Notes: generated by a model not told the origin, from the letters alone. Numbered from the stretch's first letter, positions 29,651 to 40,705 are shown. The stretch is 64,000 nt of DNA from an uncultured delta proteobacterium (GCA_963753975.1 CAVWEH010000005.1:160001-224000), one strand, 5' to 3'. Numbers and translations: made by a program.

Positions 29651-30420
29651 ACAATATTACTGTGGGTATTATAGGCGGCACGCGGGGCATGGGGCATTGG
29701 TTTGCGGATCTCCTTGCCCAGGAAGGATGCACAGTCCATGTGAGCGGAAGAAAAACTGCGCTTGATGCGAGAGAGATCGCCAAAATGTGCGATGTTGTTG
29801 TGGTTGCAGTGCCGATTTCCGCCACTGCCGAAGTCATTAAACTTGTCGGTCCGCTTCTTACTAAAAATAAATTACTCATGGATCTAACTTCGCTGAAAAA
29901 AGAACCTGTGGAATTGATGCTCGCCAGCTCACCGGCGGAAGTAGTCGGCTGCCACCCGCTTTTCGGACCTGCACTCGAAGAAATCTCCGGGCAAAATGTT
30001 ATTCTCTGTCCGGCCCGTGGCGCTAAGTGGCTTTCCTGGCTCAAAGGCATCTTTAAAAAAAATAGATTGGTTATTTTGGAATCGACCCCCGAAAAGCACG
30101 ATCAAATGATGGCGATTATCCAGGCGCTTAATCATCTCCATACGATATCTTTAGGAATGGCTCTGGACGCGACAGGAATTCCCTTAACGGAAATGAATAA
30201 ATTTTCCACGCCTATTTTTCAAGCAAAGCTGGACATTATAAAAAAAGTTTTCATGGAAAGTCCCGGGCTATATGCCGATATGATCATGAGAAATCCCGAC
30301 ACGGGCAGGATGCTGGATATTTACAAAAAAGCGCTTGCGGATATTAGCCAAATAATTAAATCCGGCAGTGAAACAGAATTTAAAGAAGTTCTCGCTGAAA
30401 CGGCAAAAAAACTATTTTAA
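29647..30420 (+). CDS. tyrA: Prephenate dehydrogenase
   Basis: IIGGTRGMG, DLTSLK, HPLFGP, HDQMMAIIQ. Confidence 0.92.
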   Translation: MNNITVGIIGGTRGMGHWFADLLAQEGCTVHVSGRKTALDAREIAKMCDVVVVAVPISATAEVIKLVGPLLTKNKLLMDLTSLKKEPVELMLASSPAEVVGCHPLFGPALEEISGQNVILCPARGAKWLSWLKGIFKKNRLVILESTPEKHDQMMAIIQALNHLHTISLGMALDATGIPLTEMNKFSTPIFQAKLDIIKKVFMESPGLYADMIMRNPDTGRMLDIYKKALADISQIIKSGSETEFKEVLAETAKKLF

Positions 30421-30669
30421 TGCAAGATGCAGTTGCATTATCATAAGATTTCTCTCGGCTCCTTCTGCCTTTTTTGTTCCCCGAATGATTTGCTGGACAT
30501 GAATAGGTTTTAGCCAAATTGCTTTTGCTTTTCATTAATTACAGCAACGTTACGGGTTTTGCTGTGCTCTCTTCTTTTTTCCTTTTGACTTTAAGCAAAC
30601 TTGATGTATTTTTAAATCAATATAAAAAGACGAACTTACCTTAATAGCAAAAAGGGGCAGGGCTAAGCT

Positions 30670-31449
30670 ATGGAAGCAAATATTAATAAAGTGACTCAAA
30701 TGCTGGCGGCGTCAAGCAGAGTAGTAGTTTTCACCGGAGCGGGAATCAGCACGGAATCGGGCATACCGGATTTCCGCGGTCCGGGAGGCCTCTGGACTAA
30801 AGTTGATCCCAACGATTTCACTATCGATAAATTTTTAAGCTCCGGCGAAACGCGCAAAAAAATGTGGCAGCGCATGAGAGAAGGCGGCTTGATGGCTGAT
30901 GCCCAGCCCAATCTTGCCCATTACGCAATAGTCGAGCTGGAAAAAATGGGTAAGTTAAGATCGGTCATCACGCAAAACGTGGACCATTTGCATCAAAAAG
31001 CCGGCAATAGGGAGGAGATTGTTTACGAACTACACGGCAATATGCAGTGGCTGGTTTGCCTTGAGTGCCGTAAACGTTATCCCATCGAAATCGTCAAACA
31101 GAATTTCCCCTCACCCGACGATGTTCCAACATGCGCTGCCTGCGGCGGTATTTTAAAACCCGATGTCGTTTTATTCGGAGAAGCGCTTCCACAGCATACT
31201 CTCATGCGGGCTAGTCAGGAAGCTCAGGCCTGTGACCTGTTGATTGTCATCGGCTCTTCATTGGTTGTCTATCCCGCCGCTTATATGCCGCTTTACGCCA
31301 AAAGGTCAGGCGCCGGTATCGTTATTATCAATAATGAACCGACGGAGCAGGATGATATGGCCGATGTGCTCATTAATGCTCCGGCCGGAGAAACAATGAC
31401 AAAGATAATTATCAAATTGAAAAAAATTATGAAAGATATGCTTTCTTAA
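30670..31449 (+). CDS. cobB: NAD-dependent sirtuin deacylase
   Basis: GAGISTESGIPDFRG, TQNVDHLH, ELHG, CxxC...CxxC, KPDVVLFGE. Confidence 0.93.
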   Translation: MEANINKVTQMLAASSRVVVFTGAGISTESGIPDFRGPGGLWTKVDPNDFTIDKFLSSGETRKKMWQRMREGGLMADAQPNLAHYAIVELEKMGKLRSVITQNVDHLHQKAGNREEIVYELHGNMQWLVCLECRKRYPIEIVKQNFPSPDDVPTCAACGGILKPDVVLFGEALPQHTLMRASQEAQACDLLIVIGSSLVVYPAAYMPLYAKRSGAGIVIINNEPTEQDDMADVLINAPAGETMTKIIIKLKKIMKDMLS

Positions 31450-31474
31450 AATATCCGGGCTTATTAGAGGGAAT

Positions 31475-32251
31475 TTGATGTGTTTGATAGTTTTCGCTTA
31501 CAATGCTCATCCTTCATATCATTTGATTCTGGCAGCTAATCGCGATGAATTCTACGAACGGGCGTCATCTCCCGCCGATTTTTGGGAAGACGCACCGCAG
31601 ATTCTGGCCGGCAAGGATTTAAAAGAAGGAGGCACGTGGCTTGGCATTACCAGGCAAGGAAGATTCGCCGCTATCACCAATTTCCGCGACCCGGCTGCCT
31701 TCAAAACTAATGCTCAGTCGCGCGGGAAGCTTGTGCGTGATTTTCTTTGCGGCAATCAAAGCGCAGATAAATACCTGGAAAAAATTTCTGAAGAGCCCGA
31801 TAAATATAATGGTTATAATTTAATTTTACGGGACAATGACGGCCTCTATGTCTCCTCCAACCGCGGGGGAAAACAAAAACTCAGCGCTGGAATTTACGGA
31901 TTGAGCAATCACCTGCTGGATACTCCATGGCCAAAAGTGGTAAAGGCTAAAAAAGCGTTTCAAGCAGCTTTAGATAAAAAAGGCGCAGCCTTGCAGGAAT
32001 CCTTATTTAGAATTCTCTCTGACCGGCATCTCCCCCCGGACAATAAACTCCCCGCGACGGGGGTCAGCAAAGAATGGGAGAGGGTTTTATCGCCTATTTT
32101 CATAAAAAGCCCTAATTATGGCACACGTTCTTCGACAATTTTGTTTATCGGAAAAAATAAACGAGTGAAGTTTATAGAAAAAGTATTTAATGGGAAACCT
32201 GAACCATGGATTACCAGCCGTTTTTCCTTCAAATTGGAAAGGGGAAATTAA
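31475..32251 (+). CDS. NRDE/TANGO2 family protein
   Basis: MCLI...AANRDEF, GGTWLG, YGTRSST. Confidence 0.92.
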   Translation: MMCLIVFAYNAHPSYHLILAANRDEFYERASSPADFWEDAPQILAGKDLKEGGTWLGITRQGRFAAITNFRDPAAFKTNAQSRGKLVRDFLCGNQSADKYLEKISEEPDKYNGYNLILRDNDGLYVSSNRGGKQKLSAGIYGLSNHLLDTPWPKVVKAKKAFQAALDKKGAALQESLFRILSDRHLPPDNKLPATGVSKEWERVLSPIFIKSPNYGTRSSTILFIGKNKRVKFIEKVFNGKPEPWITSRFSFKLERGN

Positions 32252-32252
32252 T

Positions 32253-32693
32253 ATGAATTCGGAATCAAGCAATGTTTATCCCGCGACACCGCGTGTGGGA
32301 GTCGGCGCTATAACTCTTAAAGACGGGAAAGTCCTGTTGGTAAAACGCGGAATAGAACCGAGCAAAGGACTTTGGGCGATTCCCGGCGGAACGCTGAAAC
32401 TTGGCGAGACTCTGCAAGAGTGTGCTGCCCGCGAAATTTGGGAAGAAACCGGCATCAGAATTAAAGTCGGCGATAGCGTATACGTATTCGATTTCCTCGA
32501 ACGCGACGATAAAAGAAAAATTAAATTTCATTTTGTAGTTGTTGATTTCGCGGCTGAATATTTGTCCGGCGAGCCCCAAGGCGCGGATGACGCTCTGGAG
32601 GCTCACTGGCTTTCTCCCGCAGAATTAAGCGAATTGCCGGTGGCAAAAAATACTCTCAAGGCATTACGTTCGATAGGTTTTTTGCCTGAGTAG
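32253..32693 (+). CDS. NUDIX hydrolase (ADP-ribose pyrophosphatase-like)
   Basis: Nudix box PGGTLKLGETLQECAAREIWEETG. Confidence 0.92.
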   Translation: MNSESSNVYPATPRVGVGAITLKDGKVLLVKRGIEPSKGLWAIPGGTLKLGETLQECAAREIWEETGIRIKVGDSVYVFDFLERDDKRKIKFHFVVVDFAAEYLSGEPQGADDALEAHWLSPAELSELPVAKNTLKALRSIGFLPE

Positions 32694-32718
32694 CTGCGCT
32701 GGAACGAAGGAGGATTAA

Positions 32719-33465
32719 ATGAAAGTTGTTTACCATGAAGATTACAATGAAGTTTATACATCGGATCCTGCTTCCGCCCCTGGAAGAATTCGAGCCGTGG
32801 AAACAGCGCTACGAGGCAAAGTAACGTTTATTACACCGGTTCCCGCAGCAAAAGAAGATATTCTCCAGGTACACACGCCCGATCACGTAAGGTCGGTCGA
32901 ACGTGAGGGTGTATACGAAATTGCCGCGCTCGCCGCCGGCGGTGCAATCCTTGCGGCTGAAATCGGTTTAACCGAACCCTGTTTCGCTGTAATTCGCCCG
33001 CCCGGACATCATGCTTCCGCCGGAAGGGCCTGGGGATTTTGCTATTTTAACAACATGGCAATTGCGCTTACAAAATTGAAGTACGAAGGCAAAATCAAGA
33101 AGGCTTTTATTCTGGATTTCGATCTGCATGATGGTGATGGTAATATTAATATCCTGAGCGGCAAGGGATATGTGACTATTCTTAATCCCACAGGGCCAAA
33201 CCGCAATGATTATCTAAAAAATGTGGAGGCCGCGCTCACGCAAACAGACGCAGATATGATCGCCGTATCCGCAGGCTTTGATAACCATGAAGCGGATTGG
33301 GGAGGCCTGCTAAAAACCGAAGATTATACATTCATGGGTAAACTGGTGAGGGAAACCGCCCGCCGTAACAACGGCGGCTGTTTCGGCATATTAGAAGGGG
33401 GTTATAATCACAGTGTTTTGGGCAAAAACGTGCTGGCCTTTGTTCACGGGTTGGAAGAAAAATAG
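32719..33465 (+). CDS. Zn-dependent histone deacetylase-family protein
   Basis: RPPGHHA, GFCYFNN, DFDLHDGDG, SAGFD, LEGGY. Confidence 0.93.
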   Translation: MKVVYHEDYNEVYTSDPASAPGRIRAVETALRGKVTFITPVPAAKEDILQVHTPDHVRSVEREGVYEIAALAAGGAILAAEIGLTEPCFAVIRPPGHHASAGRAWGFCYFNNMAIALTKLKYEGKIKKAFILDFDLHDGDGNINILSGKGYVTILNPTGPNRNDYLKNVEAALTQTDADMIAVSAGFDNHEADWGGLLKTEDYTFMGKLVRETARRNNGGCFGILEGGYNHSVLGKNVLAFVHGLEEK

Positions 33466-33498
33466 ATGGTGAGGTTCCCCCGAAAAATAACAATATAG

Positions 33499-34281
33499 CT
33501 AAAACAATCCTGCGGCCATGCCGATCCCGACAACGATCAACATCACTCCCACAATGATTTGTACCGACTGCAGAGTTACCTTCTTCATCAGACGGGTGCC
33601 GACGAAAGAGCCCACAAATGCCGCGATCACGGCAGCCAAAATAATGCCGCCCATCGATTCAACCTGGGAGATTTTCATCATGTAAAAACCAAGCCCATAG
33701 ATGAGCAATCTGGATATATCCACAATTACTGCCGTTACGGTACTGGTGCCGATAAAAGCTTCTTTTCCCAATCCCACTTTGATCAAAAAAGCGGATCTGA
33801 GCGCTCCCTGAATACCGGATAGCCCGCCAAAAAAACCGGAAAGTAACCCGCCGATGGGCAGGTACTTCCGATCAAAAGCCGTAGTACTGAAGCCCGGCAA
33901 AAGGTCCAGGCAGGCAAAGCCCACTATAAGCGCTCCGACAATTAGCTTAACCAGATAGATTTCATGTTTCTGGCCGCTGAGATGATAAGATGTCAAAGAC
34001 GGGAGTCCGGCAAATAGGTTCAACAATGTTGCTCCGATCATCGCCGCTGCTGCCGCAGGCAGCGCGAATTTAAGGACCACCCGCCAGTCCGCATTTCGTC
34101 CCACCAAAACCGTTTTAAAAATATTATTGGCGAGATGAACCACGGCCGTAGCAGCTATGGCAACAGGCAGCGGGAAAAACAACGCATAGGCGGGCATAAG
34201 CAGCGTTCCCAAGCCGAAGCCGGAAAACAGAGTCAAAGCCGATACCAGTAAAGCCACCAAACATATTACGGCGTAATCCAT
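33499..34281 (-). CDS. TauE/SafE (DUF81) membrane protein
   Basis: FSGFGLGTLLMP, SGFFGGLSG, about 8 TM segments. Confidence 0.85.
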   Translation of the reverse strand: MDYAVICLVALLVSALTLFSGFGLGTLLMPAYALFFPLPVAIAATAVVHLANNIFKTVLVGRNADWRVVLKFALPAAAAAMIGATLLNLFAGLPSLTSYHLSGQKHEIYLVKLIVGALIVGFACLDLLPGFSTTAFDRKYLPIGGLLSGFFGGLSGIQGALRSAFLIKVGLGKEAFIGTSTVTAVIVDISRLLIYGLGFYMMKISQVESMGGIILAAVIAAFVGSFVGTRLMKKVTLQSVQIIVGVMLIVVGIGMAAGLF

Positions 34282-34390
34282 TGCATCACCCTATCTTACG
34301 CCTGCGGTTTTTTACTTTAAGGGGAAACTGTACAAACCGGGTCAATATTGAATCCCTGCACTTTCCAATCAGAGGGACAAGCAAATATAC

Positions 34391-35461
34391 TCAATTGTTT
34401 CCCAATTGCTCTTTGAGTTTGCCGCGGTTTTTAATGCCTTGTTCGACTCTATTGAGAGCGGAAGATATATCATCATCGGACTTCCCCAGGCGCTTATCGG
34501 CTCGTTTATAAAGTGCCAATGCGACATCGAGATCGCCGCGGCTTTCGGCACAGGCACCCAGGTTATAAAGTAAGGCATAAGAATTAGGGGCGATGTTGCG
34601 CGCTTCTTCCCATAGTTCACAGGCATTATCCATTTTGGCCTTATCCGCGTATTCCAAACCGCGTTTAAGTTTATCTTTAGCTTCCGCCGATTCGATGCCT
34701 TCTTTGGAATCCATTAAACTGATTTCTTTTATGACATAATATGGAGCGATATCATGCCGGAAGTCTTTCTTCACCATTTCTTTGACTCTCTCTAAAAGTT
34801 CATTTCCACTTTGCGCCGGCCGTGTATCATCGCAGCCGGAAGAATTTGCCGAAGCGGAAAGATCGCGGGAATAAAGAATTCTTCCGGTAATAACATCGAC
34901 TAACTTGGGAGAAACTGCAAAGTTAGCGACTCTTTTTACACATTTAGCGTTGTTTAGCTGCCACGAAATACAGGGGCCACGATATAAATTACCATTCTTA
35001 TCTCTTTCTTGTTCGTACTGCACACAGGTTGAACGATTTTCATAATAGGGGCTATCATCACAGCTATTTTGGATGACAACGCCGGTATAAACACCCTGAG
35101 CGCCGACAAGTTTACCGATCCTTACCGCTGTTTTCTGGTCCACCATGCCGCTTGGAGAAAGCGGCATTTCGTTGATAATTTTATCAAGAGAGGTCCGGTC
35201 AACAAGAGTAAAATAGGGTTTATCGTCAATGCTGATAGCGGCTAAAACTCTTTCAATTTCGGCAGTGAATTCCTTGCCTTCCCTGCCGCTGAAAGGCAGT
35301 ACAGCTATGGTTTTTGTCAGCGACGCCTCGTGATACGGCGCAGGCTGAAGCATATTGACTCTGATTTTTGTCGCACAACCGGAAAGCATTAAAAAAATAA
35401 CGCAAAGAAATATCCGACTGGAACATACAATAAAATTCATCTTTTTGTGTACAGAGTGCAT
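34391..35461 (-). CDS. CsgG/HfaB-like lipoprotein with C-terminal TPR
   Basis: Lipobox LSGC; FTLVDRTSLDKII...IGKLVGAQ; LLYNLG TPR; start uncertain. Confidence 0.75.
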   Translation of the reverse strand: MHSVHKKMNFIVCSSRIFLCVIFLMLSGCATKIRVNMLQPAPYHEASLTKTIAVLPFSGREGKEFTAEIERVLAAISIDDKPYFTLVDRTSLDKIINEMPLSPSGMVDQKTAVRIGKLVGAQGVYTGVVIQNSCDDSPYYENRSTCVQYEQERDKNGNLYRGPCISWQLNNAKCVKRVANFAVSPKLVDVITGRILYSRDLSASANSSGCDDTRPAQSGNELLERVKEMVKKDFRHDIAPYYVIKEISLMDSKEGIESAEAKDKLKRGLEYADKAKMDNACELWEEARNIAPNSYALLYNLGACAESRGDLDVALALYKRADKRLGKSDDDISSALNRVEQGIKNRGKLKEQLGNN

Positions 35462-35686
35462 TTTATCCCCTGCTTTATTCACCGAGTGGGATTGACGATT
35501 TGGGTTTCTCATGTTCCGGTTTCTTTGCCGAATACTTTTGATAGTTTTCACCTTATACGCTATTAAAAAAATAGAAACAAACCATTTTTCATTAGACTGC
35601 CTCAATTTATTTTTTTAATAATCTTAACTAGAAAAATCCTGCCGGCGTTTTGCGCCATGTTAACATAAATTACTAAGAGATTCAAT

Positions 35687-37066
35687 CTACTTGCCGATGC
35701 AGAAGCCGGCGAATATCTTATCCAGCACATCGTCATTAATTTTTTTACCGGTGATTTCGTCCAGATGATCCAGCGCTTCGCGCAATTCGAATGCGGCAAA
35801 TTCCGGCGATAGGCCTCCATTAATACTGTTTTTCGCCGCCTGAATTTTTTTTTCAATATTTTCCAGCGCCAGCTTGTGGCGCAAATTGGTTATCATTACT
35901 TCGTCGGCTTTTTCCTCTGCGTTCTCGCCGGAAACAGCGACGACGGTGTCTTTCAGTTCTTCCAATCCCCTGCCGAACTTGGCCGATATTTCAATAATCT
36001 TTGTTCCTTGCAGAATCAGTGATTCAATTTTTTTTGTTTCCCAAGAACGCGGTAGATCTATTTTATTGACCGCAACAAGAATATTGCGTTTCTTATTCTT
36101 ATCAATAATTTTTTTGTCTTCATTGGTTAAGGGCTTGCTTCCGTCCAGAATAATAATCACAATATCGGCAGCTGCCAGATTTTCCGTGACCAGGTCCATC
36201 CCCTCTTTTTCGATGGCGTTTCGCGGTTTTCTAATTCCGGCCGTATCCGTTAGATTCAAAGGAACGCCGCAAATATTAATGGTATCTGTAATTAAATCAC
36301 GTGTCGTACCGGGTATATCGGTAACAATAGCCTTTTTTTTGCCCACGAGCGCGTTGAGTAAGCTGGATTTGCCTACATTGGGTTTGCCCGTAATGACGAC
36401 ATTGAGGCCTTCTGTAAACATTTTTGCCTTTTGATACGATGACAAAAGCAACCTTACACGCTCGGCTGCCGCGTCTATTTGCGGCGGAAGCGCGGGAATC
36501 TTGTCTGCGCCTACATCGTCCGAAAAATCGATGGCGATTTCCAGTGAGGCGAGAGCTTCGATAAGAAGCTTTCCCAGGTTATCCATTTCCCGGTTTAAGT
36601 TCCCTTTTAACTGGGCAAGGCCGATGGCGTAAGCTTTCGGGGATTTCGCACAGACCATTGCGGCAAGAGCTTCCGCCTGCGACAAATCGAGACGGTTGTT
36701 GAGAAAAGCGCGCTCGGAAAATTCGCCGGGCTTCGCCAGACGGCAGCCCAATTCCACCAATTGTGTCAAAATGGTTTGCATAATGAGCGGACTGCCGTGG
36801 CAATTAATTTCAATAACGTCTTCCCCCGTAAAAGAGTGCGGTTGACGCATGTAAGAAATTAAAACTTCGTCAAGGATTGTTTTGCCGTCGGTTGAAACTA
36901 TATCGCCATGATATAGAAAATGACTTTCCCATGGACAATTTTTTGCGGTGGGTTTGAAGATACGGCGCGCTATTTCATGAGCTTCGGGTCCGCTGACCCT
37001 GATTATTCCGACTCCTGCCGTGCCCAAAGGAGTGGCCATCGCTGCTATGGTATCTTGGCAAAGCAC
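35687..37066 (-). CDS. mnmE: tRNA modification GTPase MnmE
   Basis: DTIAA, SFTGEDV, GKPNVGKSS, DTAGIR, FCIGK. Confidence 0.97.
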   Translation of the reverse strand: MLCQDTIAAMATPLGTAGVGIIRVSGPEAHEIARRIFKPTAKNCPWESHFLYHGDIVSTDGKTILDEVLISYMRQPHSFTGEDVIEINCHGSPLIMQTILTQLVELGCRLAKPGEFSERAFLNNRLDLSQAEALAAMVCAKSPKAYAIGLAQLKGNLNREMDNLGKLLIEALASLEIAIDFSDDVGADKIPALPPQIDAAAERVRLLLSSYQKAKMFTEGLNVVITGKPNVGKSSLLNALVGKKKAIVTDIPGTTRDLITDTINICGVPLNLTDTAGIRKPRNAIEKEGMDLVTENLAAADIVIIILDGSKPLTNEDKKIIDKNKKRNILVAVNKIDLPRSWETKKIESLILQGTKIIEISAKFGRGLEELKDTVVAVSGENAEEKADEVMITNLRHKLALENIEKKIQAAKNSINGGLSPEFAAFELREALDHLDEITGKKINDDVLDKIFAGFCIGK

Positions 37067-37114
37067 AGTAGGGAAATGCCTCTTTACACGATGTTCGGCT
37101 AATCGAACGAAAAA

Positions 37115-37897
37115 CTACCCTGGTTTCTTTTCTCCGTTATGCCCGGTATTGCTTTTTCTCGAAGGAAGAATTACTATTTTTCTGTATTCGCCTTCGCCGC
37201 GGCTTTTCGTTGTCAAGGATTCATCCTCCTGCAGGGCCAGATGGATAATGCGCCGGTCATGCGCGCTCATATGGCTAATTGATACCGGCTTGTGAGTCTT
37301 TTTTACTTTTTGTCTTATTCTTTCCGCCAGGCTCAGAAGAGATTCTTCTCTTCTTTTCCGGTATTCTTCCGAATCCACCATTATTATCTTACGTTCATTA
37401 TCGGATTTATTCAGGGCTTTATTTAATATATACTGAAGGGCATCAAGATTTTGACCGCGTCTGCCGATAAGCAAGCCGCTGTCATTACCCTCAATATTGA
37501 GTACAATTGTATCCGTTTCCTCCCTGACGGCCACCCGGCATTGCAAAGACATCCTTTGTAAAATACCGTCCAATAGATCCTTGGCCTGAGATGCCAGTGC
37601 AGAATTTGATTGGACAACTACGGGGGCAGAAGGCTTTTCTGTCTTAGCTTTCGGCTCTATTTTAATTCTTGCCTCGCTTTTATTCCCGATATTATCGCTT
37701 AAAGCGAAATCCACATCTACGGAAAGTAAGGAAGCTTTGATTTTTGCTTTTTTGGAAAGTATGCCCAAAAAGCCGCCTGTATCTTCGGAGATAATTTCGA
37801 TATTTAACTTTTCCCGCGACACGCCGAATTCACGGCAAGCTTTCTCAATGGCTTCATCAATTGATTTTTCCTCTATTTCCAATGTTTTCGCGTTCAT
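37115..37897 (-). CDS. jag: RNA-binding protein Jag/EloR (KH plus R3H)
   Basis: LLIGRRGQNLDALQY, DRRIIH; conserved position after yidC. Confidence 0.93.
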   Translation of the reverse strand: MNAKTLEIEEKSIDEAIEKACREFGVSREKLNIEIISEDTGGFLGILSKKAKIKASLLSVDVDFALSDNIGNKSEARIKIEPKAKTEKPSAPVVVQSNSALASQAKDLLDGILQRMSLQCRVAVREETDTIVLNIEGNDSGLLIGRRGQNLDALQYILNKALNKSDNERKIIMVDSEEYRKRREESLLSLAERIRQKVKKTHKPVSISHMSAHDRRIIHLALQEDESLTTKSRGEGEYRKIVILPSRKSNTGHNGEKKPG

Positions 37898-37919
37898 TTC
37901 GAAACCTCTTATCAATATA

Positions 37920-39599
37920 TCAATTAGCCAGCCTTTTATTTATATAAAATTGCTGACCGATGCTTAAAATATTATTAAACAGCCAGTAAATGACCAGCCC
38001 CGCAGGAAAGTTTAAAAAGAAAAAAGTGAGAACTAAGGGCATTAACAACATAATCTTTGCCTGCATAGGATCGCCCATAGCGGGCGTCATCTTTTGTTGA
38101 ATAAATTGCGTTACACCCATAATTATGGGAGTAACATAGTAAGGGTCTTTGGCCGATAAATCCTGAATCCACCAGAAAAACGGGGCCTGGCGCAATTCAA
38201 TTGAATAAAGCAGAGCTTTATAGAGGCCGAAAAATACGGGAATTTGAATCAACATCGGCAAGCATCCGCTAAGAGGGTTGATTTTATGAGCGCGGTAAAG
38301 CGCCATGGTTTCCTGACCGATCTTGGCCTGATCATTTTTGTATTTTTCTTTTAACGCAGATATCTTCGGCTGAATTTTTTGCATTTCTTTCATGGATTTG
38401 TAACTTAAGTTACCCAACGGCCAGAAGATTATTTTAACCAATGTGGTTAAAATGATAATGGCAATCCCGTAGTTATGGACAAACGCGTAAAGAAAATTAA
38501 GGATTAAAAGAAATGGTATGGCCAGCCATTTCAACCAACTGCCGAAATCAATGGAATCTTCCAAACCCACATTTTGCGCTTGGAGTAAACCGTGATCCTT
38601 GGGACCAAGATAGAGGGAATAACTAATGATATCGTTCTGTCTGCCGGGAATTACTTCTTTTTGTCCCTTCATGCCCACTGTAACCATGTCATTGGTGTCA
38701 CGGTTCATGCTCACGCTGGTCAAAGAAGGATTCTCCGGAATAAAAGCGGCAATGAAATATTTACTTTCAAAACCAGCCCACAATACATTGGGACCCAACA
38801 TTATCTCTTTATCCAGTTTTTTGACTTCCTGCCGTTCAATGGTCTTGGCAACAGAAGCAACCGGGCCTTCATGACCATAGCGGTCTTCCTCATTTTGGGG
38901 ATCGACGTATTGTTGCCAGCTGAGCCTCGGTATCTGGATTAGCGGCGCATCTGTAAGGTTATATATTTTAACTTCCAGTCCGATTGTGTAATTATCGGGA
39001 TTAAAAGTGAAAATCTTTTCTACTTTGATTTTGCCGTTATAAGTGCCGGAAAAAACCAGGCTTTGCTTTTCTTTAGTATTGATCAAATCGAGTCTGGTTG
39101 TATTGGTTGCAAAAGCAGAATCGGCGTCAATCTCGACGCTTGATTCCGGAAAAGTCACCGTCAGAGGATACGGCATTCCTTCCTTCACCTGGACAAGTTC
39201 CACAAGTTCTTTATTTTTCGGCTTGGATTTTTTTTTGGCACCTGTAAAAAAATTCTTCAGGAGAGGATAAATATCATCGGCGCATTCACTACATTCTTTT
39301 TGATATCCTTTGAGCTTAAACGATTTTAAGGCAGCTCCTTTAGTGGAAAAAATCGCGGCATAATGGGAAGTTTCCACCTGAATGTCTTTGGCCGCAACTT
39401 CCTTTTCGACTATGGTCTTTTTAGCAATCGTTATTGTTGGAGGGGAAACCGGTTTTGTTATCGCTTCTTTTTGAACCTGCCCTGCTTCCTGGACAGGAGT
39501 AGCCGCTCTCTCCGGCACCGGTGGTTTGGCAAAAAACATCTGATATATTAAAAGTACGGCCAGTGATAGGACTACGGCAAGTATTGTCCTTTTGTCCAT
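37920..39599 (-). CDS. yidC: Membrane protein insertase YidC
   Basis: NYGIAIIILT, GCLPMLIQIPVF, WIQDLSAKDPYY. Confidence 0.97.
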   Translation of the reverse strand: MDKRTILAVVLSLAVLLIYQMFFAKPPVPERAATPVQEAGQVQKEAITKPVSPPTITIAKKTIVEKEVAAKDIQVETSHYAAIFSTKGAALKSFKLKGYQKECSECADDIYPLLKNFFTGAKKKSKPKNKELVELVQVKEGMPYPLTVTFPESSVEIDADSAFATNTTRLDLINTKEKQSLVFSGTYNGKIKVEKIFTFNPDNYTIGLEVKIYNLTDAPLIQIPRLSWQQYVDPQNEEDRYGHEGPVASVAKTIERQEVKKLDKEIMLGPNVLWAGFESKYFIAAFIPENPSLTSVSMNRDTNDMVTVGMKGQKEVIPGRQNDIISYSLYLGPKDHGLLQAQNVGLEDSIDFGSWLKWLAIPFLLILNFLYAFVHNYGIAIIILTTLVKIIFWPLGNLSYKSMKEMQKIQPKISALKEKYKNDQAKIGQETMALYRAHKINPLSGCLPMLIQIPVFFGLYKALLYSIELRQAPFFWWIQDLSAKDPYYVTPIIMGVTQFIQQKMTPAMGDPMQAKIMLLMPLVLTFFFLNFPAGLVIYWLFNNILSIGQQFYINKRLAN

Positions 39600-39620
39600 T
39601 GAAAACCTCCCTACTATTTT

Positions 39621-39848
39621 TTACTTGACTGGATCGTAACCACCGGGATGTAGAGGATGGCAACGAAGAATCCTTTTTACGCCCGCAAATAGACCTTTCG
39701 CCGGCCCATGCAACTTAATTGCCGAAATGGCATACTCGGAGCACGAGGGATAAAAACGACAACACGGAGCAAAAAAGAAAGGTGAAACGCAAATTTGGTA
39801 TGAACGAATTATAGAAATAAAAATTTTTATTAAAATTTTTCTGAGCAT
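39621..39848 (-). CDS. yidD: Membrane protein insertion efficiency factor
   Basis: [23 protein letters not shown]. Confidence 0.95.
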   Translation of the reverse strand: MLRKILIKIFISIIRSYQICVSPFFFAPCCRFYPSCSEYAISAIKLHGPAKGLFAGVKRILRCHPLHPGGYDPVK

Positions 39849-39851
39849 AGA

Positions 39852-40199
39852 TTATGTTTTGGCTTTCCGTGTGAAGAGTTCCATTAATTCTCTGCATACT
39901 TCCTGATAAGTGAGGGGGGGTATATTTTTTTTAGCCATTACAACAACATCGTGCTCGGCAGGAAACAAGGCCTTGTTCAGGCGAAAAAATTCTCGAATCA
40001 GGCGTTTAATTCTGTTTCTTCTTACGGCATTGCCCGCTTTTTTGGATACAGTTATACCTAACCTTTTAATACCATGGGCATTGCTGCATGTTATAGTTGT
40101 AAAATTTTGCGAGCTTCTCCAAACCCCCTCTTGGTAAACGGCTCTATACCTACTGCTATTGGTTATCCTTTCCAATTTCCGGTAAGATTGTTTTTTCAT
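39852..40199 (-). CDS. rnpA: RNase P protein component
   Basis: [21 protein letters not shown]. Confidence 0.95.
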   Translation of the reverse strand: MKKQSYRKLERITNSSRYRAVYQEGVWRSSQNFTTITCSNAHGIKRLGITVSKKAGNAVRRNRIKRLIREFFRLNKALFPAEHDVVVMAKKNIPPLTYQEVCRELMELFTRKAKT

Positions 40200-40239
40200 G
40201 CATACTGACCGACCATCCCTTGAAGCTAAAAGCACGAAT

Positions 40240-40377
40240 TTATACAGCTAAACGTTTTCTTCCTTTGGCTCTTCTGCGGCTTAAAACCTGCCGGCCGGAT
40301 TTCGAAGCCATGCGGACAAGAAAACCGTGGGTTCTTTTTCTTTTAGTATTTGTTTTATTGGTCAAAGTCTTTTTCAT
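40240..40377 (-). CDS. rpmH: 50S ribosomal protein L34 (not in the ORF track)
   Basis: [45 protein letters not shown], upstream of rnpA. Confidence 0.93.
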   Translation of the reverse strand: MKKTLTNKTNTKRKRTHGFLVRMASKSGRQVLSRRRAKGRKRLAV

Positions 40378-40464
40378 AAGTAAAACCCCTAAAAGTTATA
40401 GGGTCATGCGTAAATCACAGACACATTTATTTGTCAAGGCAAAATTGGCAATTGCCGCGATTCT

Positions 40465-40705
40465 CTTACGGCAGCCGACCTTCCCGGCGGCGCTTGGCAA
40501 TGATTTAATTCATTGCCGGCATGGCTTCCACTGCCGCCCTTTCGCCTTACATGATGGCGTCCATGTCGCCTGGTAAAATTGCTCGCACCGATGTGCCCTA
40601 TTTTCTGTTTAATTACCACAGCGGCGTTTTTAAATTGAATGACCGCTATCTTGTTATACATTATACCAATCGCCTGCCTGATCGTTTCGATTGATGTATA
40701 TTTCC
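40465..40705 (-). pseudogene. Decayed C-terminal remnant of a patatin-like phospholipase
   Basis: Across frames: IQFKNAAVVIKQKIGHIGASNFTRRH / AIM*GERAAVEAMPAMN*IIAKRRREGRLP*. Confidence 0.55.
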
